A DNA stretch of 32,000 bases, taken from contig JAWCFL010000007.1 of the NCBI GenBank assembly GCA_038858525.1, positions 33,744-65,743 on the forward strand, written 5' to 3'. Source of the stretch: Candidatus Jordarchaeales archaeon. Lineage in GTDB: Archaea; Asgardarchaeota; Jordiarchaeia; Jordiarchaeales; Freyrarchaeaceae. Both the position numbers and the translations under genes were made by a program. This document shows positions 27,254-32,000 of this stretch, one piece after another. Every line of letters starts with the position of its first letter. The stretch's first letter is position 1. The notes under the pieces were generated by a model. The model did not search any database. It was given only the letters and a program-made list of their open reading frames with translations, and was not told the origin of the DNA.

Positions 27254-27684
27254 TCGTAGGGCTCGACACGAACATCCTATGCTACATACTCGACCCAGCC
27301 TACCCCGAGCACGAGAAGGTGAAGGATGTCCTCTTCAGCCTCTCGCCGGAAAAACGCGTTGCCCTCAGCCCCCCTATAATTCATGAAGCATACCATACGC
27401 TGGTCTTCGGACAGAAATGGGTTCCGATCGAAGCCGAGAGAAGGCTTAAAATGATACTCAAGCACCCCTACATCGAGTTCTACAGCCAGACGAAGAAGAC
27501 GTGCACCATAGCGCTCACCATCGCTGCACGCTACAACATGGGTGGAAGAGACGCACTGATAGCCGCTAGCCTCCTAGCCAACAAGGTCCCGACACTCTAC
27601 ACCCACGACCAAGAACTTCTAAACCTGAAGTGGGTCTCGTGGAGGAACTTTCGCCTATCCTTCGAGGATCCATTAGCCACTTGA
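27250..27684 (+). CDS. vapC: PIN-domain toxin (VapC family)
   Basis: VGLDTNIL...IHEAY...RDALIAAS...THD. Confidence 0.9.
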   Translation: MIVGLDTNILCYILDPAYPEHEKVKDVLFSLSPEKRVALSPPIIHEAYHTLVFGQKWVPIEAERRLKMILKHPYIEFYSQTKKTCTIALTIAARYNMGGRDALIAASLLANKVPTLYTHDQELLNLKWVSWRNFRLSFEDPLAT

Positions 27685-27759
27685 ACAACTAGACGAGCAC
27701 CCGGAGCTAATGATGCAGGTGCAGTCCGCTTAGCCGCGGAATCCACCAGTGATCAAAGC

Positions 27760-28791
27760 TTAGAAGACCCTAAAGGCGAAGCTTATCTTCCCGTACCCAG
27801 CAGTGGCCAGTTTGCCCACATGCATGTAGCGTCCTAGAGCCAGTAGCGTTAAGGCGTCAACTGCCCTCTCACTCCTCCAGAACTCGTCTGGAAACATGTA
27901 GGTTGCGGTTCCCCTGTAGAAGGGGCCGTAGCGCTCCCTTTTCAGCCTCTCAAGGGAGAACTTGGAGGAGAACGACGGCTTAAGCTTACAGTCAACAGTT
28001 TTGACGGCTGCTGAGGTGTCTATTATCTCCTTTGCCTCCTCCGCCGACAGTGGACGCCAGCTCCTCACAAGGTACTCAGCAGCCAAACTATAGCGCCTTG
28101 CGAGGTTCCTTATTATCATGTGGAAGTCTAACCTGTCAGCGACCCTTCCGTCGTAAACCAGCATCGTAGGAGTTTCAAAGTTGACGGTGACGTACCTCGG
28201 CTCAGCCGCCACAACTCTCTCAGCAGTCTGCCTAACGTCCTCAAATCTAACGATGGCACTACGGGAGCCATAAGCGTACTCTTTTCCGTCGTAGACGACC
28301 TCCTCGATCCCCCTAACGTCGTTGACGGCTGCCACACGGGAGATCTTGAACCTTCTCCTTTCGTTCTTCATCTTGTCCCTTCCGATGCCTAGCTCTCCCA
28401 TGTTTGCCAGGGCGAAGAAGTAGACCGCCTCGAATCCCACGGCGCGCTCCCCTATGAGGTTGAGGGCGAAGCGGAAAAGCCTTCCCCCCAGTGGCTCAAG
28501 AGGGTCAAAGGTGAAGGGGCGCGTGACGGCTTCAAGCCCAGTCCCCACAGCGGCGTCAGACTTCATCTCAGGGCTGGTTTCGAACGTGAAATAGTAAAGG
28601 CAACTCCCCCTAAGGTCGCACCCGTCACACTTACGTCTAGTATAGCTGCACGACATCCTCCTCAGCACGTGACCAAAAACACCGCGGAGAGCACTCCCAG
28701 TCCAGCGTGGAACCGAGAAGTCGTCGATGAACTCGCCTTCAACCACACACCTCAGTATCAAACCGCAACCTCCCCGACGGCTTTCACCCAT
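27760..28791 (-). CDS. cas6: CRISPR pre-crRNA processing endoribonuclease Cas6 (RAMP; variant with N-terminal Cys cluster)
   Basis: GSALRGVFG...C...CDGC...C N-terminus; VNFETPT; C-terminal Gly-rich loop HVGKLATAGYG. Start may be TTG 28761. Confidence 0.88.
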   Translation of the reverse strand: MGESRRGGCGLILRCVVEGEFIDDFSVPRWTGSALRGVFGHVLRRMSCSYTRRKCDGCDLRGSCLYYFTFETSPEMKSDAAVGTGLEAVTRPFTFDPLEPLGGRLFRFALNLIGERAVGFEAVYFFALANMGELGIGRDKMKNERRRFKISRVAAVNDVRGIEEVVYDGKEYAYGSRSAIVRFEDVRQTAERVVAAEPRYVTVNFETPTMLVYDGRVADRLDFHMIIRNLARRYSLAAEYLVRSWRPLSAEEAKEIIDTSAAVKTVDCKLKPSFSSKFSLERLKRERYGPFYRGTATYMFPDEFWRSERAVDALTLLALGRYMHVGKLATAGYGKISFAFRVF

Positions 28792-29725
28792 CCAGCTTCA
28801 TCGCCTCGCCATCCTCAGTCATCGTGTAAAGAATACCCCTCCCACTAGCCCACTTTTTCCACCTGCTAAAATCTAACTCTTCAAAACTTCCCGCAAACCT
28901 TTCCACGTCACTTTTAACCTCGCCCAGCACCCTATCCCAGTAGTCAAGCATCTCTCCTCTCAAAACAACGCCTCTATCATCTATCTCTACAAGACGGCTG
29001 GCAACCAACTTTGGAATATACTGCTTGTCCATCCCGTTATTCCTAAGCACCCATTCAAGCTGAGCCACGCTAGCTTTTCCGCCAGCCAAAATACCGTTAA
29101 GGGTGCCTATTATGTCTCCAAGTTTAAGCGAGAAAAACGGTAACTCATACCAGCTGGAAAAATCCAAGAAAAAGTCATCCTTGTCTCGATCAGGGTGGAG
29201 CAACTGGCCCGCTTGGAAGTAATAGTAGTAGCGTGATGGAACAGCAGTGACGCATCCCGACCAGAGTAGGGCGGCGTTTATCTGGTTGGTTCCTCCAACC
29301 ATGTTAACCCACACCTCCTTCGCTCTCATAGCGTAGAGCGTAGGGTAAGCCTTGCGGAAGCAATCCTCGAAATCCATGTAGTTAACCTCAATAAAGTAGA
29401 ATTCAGGCAAATCGCTCAACTGGAACCCGTAATGTGAAAGTAGGCTCGAAAGGTAGCGGGCTATAACCTTCGTAGCAGTTTTTCCCTGAGTATTAAACCA
29501 AAGATCTCTGCAACTCACTTCCCTTTCTCCAGTTATTACTTCCCTAGACGTGAAAACTACGATAACCTCCGGTTTTCCCCCACCACCTCTACCGGAAAAC
29601 CTGAAAAAACGCTTAGCGCGCTCGTCACCCTCCCTCGCCGCCTTTAAAGACAAGTAAACGTGGCTTAGCGGGAGAGTTAATCCTCCGGGATTAAGCCCAA
29701 GCCCACTAACATGGTAAACCCCCAC
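28784..29725 (-). CDS. CARF-domain CRISPR-associated protein (Csx14-like) with probable C-terminal winged helix
   Basis: N-terminal HVSGLGLNPG and central VWVNMVGGTNQINAALL match the two CARF motifs; overlaps cas6 by 8 nt. The Csx14 name is from recollection only. Confidence 0.7.
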   Translation of the reverse strand: MGVYHVSGLGLNPGGLTLPLSHVYLSLKAAREGDERAKRFFRFSGRGGGGKPEVIVVFTSREVITGEREVSCRDLWFNTQGKTATKVIARYLSSLLSHYGFQLSDLPEFYFIEVNYMDFEDCFRKAYPTLYAMRAKEVWVNMVGGTNQINAALLWSGCVTAVPSRYYYYFQAGQLLHPDRDKDDFFLDFSSWYELPFFSLKLGDIIGTLNGILAGGKASVAQLEWVLRNNGMDKQYIPKLVASRLVEIDDRGVVLRGEMLDYWDRVLGEVKSDVERFAGSFEELDFSRWKKWASGRGILYTMTEDGEAMKLDG

Positions 29726-29754
29726 AGTTTCACCCCACCTCTGCCTACTCTACT

Positions 29755-29799
29755 CTTTAAAAAAGAGGAGGGTAAAAACCTTGCTGAAATCTTGCTGAA
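29755..29799 (-). promoter_or_regulatory. Putative promoter of the CARF-cas6 operon with upstream direct repeat
   Basis: Minus-strand TTTTTTAAAG about 30 nt upstream of GTG 29725; CTTGCTGAA repeated at 29780-29788 and 29791-29799 (11-nt period). Confidence 0.45.
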
Positions 29800-29953
29800 G
29801 CACGTCACAGCAAAACATCTCCGAGGAGACGCTTCTCCACAAGCCGGCATGGAAACTAGGAATTACTAATTCTAAAAGTGTTAAATTCTTGTGAAATATC
29901 TTTGCAACAGCAAGCCGTACAGTCACCAGAACACGGCCGTTATGGGCCACACT

Positions 29954-30760
29954 TCACCCCTCCCATCTAAAGTGATCTGGGACTTTTGGGGCGACGGAAG
30001 CCCCACATCTTGAGCTGCGTTTAAGTAAGTTTAGACAAACTACTACGTCTCCGTCACTCATACACGCACTCCTGCACTTAACAAGCCGCGCCCACTCCAG
30101 TACTACTTATCATCACCAAGCATCCCGGAAACGCTTAAAACAAGTTGACGTAAACCACCAGTAAGCCACCTAACTTAGCCCTTACATCAATGCAGAACCA
30201 CTTTAAATGGCGACGAACGCAGCTCCATCACAAATCCATGCTTCACCTAATTCTTCACCCACTTCAACCCTTCCAAGACACCTCACTCTCCTCGCAAACT
30301 CAGCCACCCCCTCGAACTTCCTAATAACGACCACCCAACTTCTCCCATTTCATGCCAAACAGCCCATCACGATTTCCCCATTATCGCCGACACTTACAGT
30401 CTCTTCAGCATCAAAAACCTACCTCATCCTTTCTTTCAGTTTAGCATGTCCACAGCGAACCCCTCCCGCCCATTCAAACTCCCCCTTGCTCGTGAAGCGT
30501 AACTCTTAACACAAATTACGGTCCCCCACCTCCACCTCGAAAACACTCCTCACCTCACTCTAAGACCCCCACACCCCCACCACAACACACCCGAGCTTCC
30601 CCCAGCTTGAGACGCCGAACACCAACATTAACACCCATAACGTCACTACCCTTCATGCAATGCCCCTTTCCGAACTCATCAAGGACCTACAAAATAAATA
30701 TCTTGGAAATCTCCAGCAGCCAACTACACTCGGCACCTAGCCGAGCCCGTCCTAGAGTTA
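29954..30760 (-). pseudogene. tnpB: Heavily decayed TnpB (RuvC-type OrfB) gene
   Basis: Motif relics in correct order across stops and frameshifts: VMGVNVG (RuvC-I-like, 30621-30641), WS..R...AKLGGLLVVYVN (30144-30179), RLVKC...DGDVVVCLNLLKR (RuvC-III-like, 30029-30055), then RCGASVAPK...WEG*. The 5' boundary is approximate. Confidence 0.55.
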
Positions 30761-30953
30761 GTCATAACGAAGCCCGGCGCGGAACAGTTTAACGCGCCTC
30801 GCCAAGAGCTCTACAAAGTGTGAGCCGGAATTAGGTAGCCAAAATGATTGAAGAGATGAAATATGAAAGATGAATGTATGAAGTATGGTTACTTAGGTGG
30901 TTGATTATAATTATCCTGCGCCACGCCGGCCCCCCCTGTTGCTGCGTGGCATT

Positions 30954-31757
30954 TTATGGGTAAGCTTTTGACCCTATGAAATCCTCCAGCGTCTTCGCAT
31001 CTTCGGGGCTTTCAGTCACAACTTCCAGCTCCTGATAACCATAACCCCTCGAGTAAAGCTTATACCTTACCAGGACCCCCTTCGTCTCTTGGTGTTTAAC
31101 GTATGTCTCGGCCACTTTACTTATACCGAACCTTCCAAGCCTGATCTCCTTCACTCCTCCAACTGAGAGGAGTCTCCTCAGCAGCCTTCTCGCGTCCTCG
31201 TCTGGTATCTCTTTCAGCGGAAGTATCTCCGCGTTTATTTTCCAAACGTTGGTGTGTCCTCCAGCCTTGACGAATCCCCTGCCATGTGCAAGCATGACCT
31301 TCCTAGCCTTACTCTCGCCGAAAGCCCTGTACACGAGCCACCCGACCGGTGAGAGCTGGTAGAGGTCCTCTCCCTTCTCCACCTGAACCAGCAGAGCCCA
31401 AAAATACTTAGCGTCGTCTCCAAACCTCTTCCTGATCTCCTCCGAGGACCTCGCCTTCTCTACGAGCCACTCCACGTCTTCCAAGTGCCTAAGCCAGACA
31501 TCCGGGTTAAAGAACAGAGGCACCGCCGGAAGGGAAACAACCTCGTTGAACCGCTCATGGATATAGTAGACCTCCACGCCGTAGAGGAGCGCTGCGAGGG
31601 TAGCGTAGGCCATTTCAGCCTTAAAGCCCCCTGTAGCCGCAAGCACAACATCCCTCCCGGACAAGTGCTCCCTCTCAAAGATCTCGACGAGCATATTGAT
31701 GAGGCTGTGAAGACCAATAATGGAGAACCTACGCTCATCATACTTGAGCCCCTTCAC
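30954..31757 (-). CDS. C-terminal part of an APE2256-family CARF protein with an additional C-terminal domain (gene split by a frameshift)
   Basis: LAATGGFKAEMAYATLAALLYGVEVYYIHERFNEVVSLP is the Cas_APE2256 CARF signature; about 100 further residues follow. Confidence 0.85.
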   Translation of the reverse strand: MKGLKYDERRFSIIGLHSLINMLVEIFEREHLSGRDVVLAATGGFKAEMAYATLAALLYGVEVYYIHERFNEVVSLPAVPLFFNPDVWLRHLEDVEWLVEKARSSEEIRKRFGDDAKYFWALLVQVEKGEDLYQLSPVGWLVYRAFGESKARKVMLAHGRGFVKAGGHTNVWKINAEILPLKEIPDEDARRLLRRLLSVGGVKEIRLGRFGISKVAETYVKHQETKGVLVRYKLYSRGYGYQELEVVTESPEDAKTLEDFIGSKAYP

Positions 31758-32000
31758 CTCCTCGACACACGCCCCATAACCTTACCCTCGTAGAATATTT
31801 TTAGGGCTTCAGCGCACATCCTCCCCTCAACGGTCTCGGAGTGAAGAAAAACAAGGGAGTCTCCCGGCTTAAGGATCCTCTCGAGCGTGTTTGTCTCGGC
31901 GCAGGCCCTGTAAAGCCAGTCAGCATCACACCCACTAAGATACTCGACCAGCCTCCCGACGCCTTCACCCTCACCCACAAGTGCATCCTGCTGAACACCA
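31754..32000 (-). CDS. N-terminal part of the same APE2256-family CARF gene; open to the right edge
   Basis: CAETNTL...LVFLHSETVEGRMCAEALKIFYE matches the APE2256 N-half. The frame stays open to position 32000; one extra G near 31781 would join it to 30954..31757 as KGYGACVEEVKGL. Confidence 0.8.
   Translation of the reverse strand, partial: GVQQDALVGEGEGVGRLVEYLSGCDADWLYRACAETNTLERILKPGDSLVFLHSETVEGRMCAEALKIFYEGKVMGRVSRR

Noticed and set aside
29730-30950. CRISPR array next to cas6
   Set aside because: No 24-40-nt repeat recurring with regular spacers; only a 9-nt doublet and TGAA micro-repeats. The region is better explained by a TnpB relic.

Overview
Archaeal DNA, judged from TATA/BRE-type promoters, frequent GTG/TTG starts and archaeal gene families; it is probably from an anaerobic thermophile (inference, lineage not determinable here). 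Left to right: (1) a glycyl-radical enzyme of uncharacterised substrate class, with its radical-SAM activase running off the left edge (activase missed by the ORF track). (2) A toxin-antitoxin-dense block with a decayed IS607/TnpB element fused to a PIN fragment. (3) Metabolic genes: an atypical M28/PA hydrolase, a SAM methyltransferase, a repeat-built membrane protein, DUF488, an MBL hydrolase and an acyl-CoA ligase alpha subunit. (4) Two tandem double-V4R paralogues. (5) A type I chelatase set (ChlI/D-like AAA+-vWA and CobN/ChlH-like) split by a divergent ferredoxin pair. (6) A second TA block; across the window there are 4 VapBC pairs and 3 MNT-HEPN pairs. (7) A CRISPR accessory module of cas6, a Csx14-like CARF protein, a heavily decayed TnpB and a frameshifted APE2256-family CARF gene that runs off the right edge. 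I found no CRISPR array, tRNA or rRNA. All family calls come from motif recognition by eye; no searches were run.
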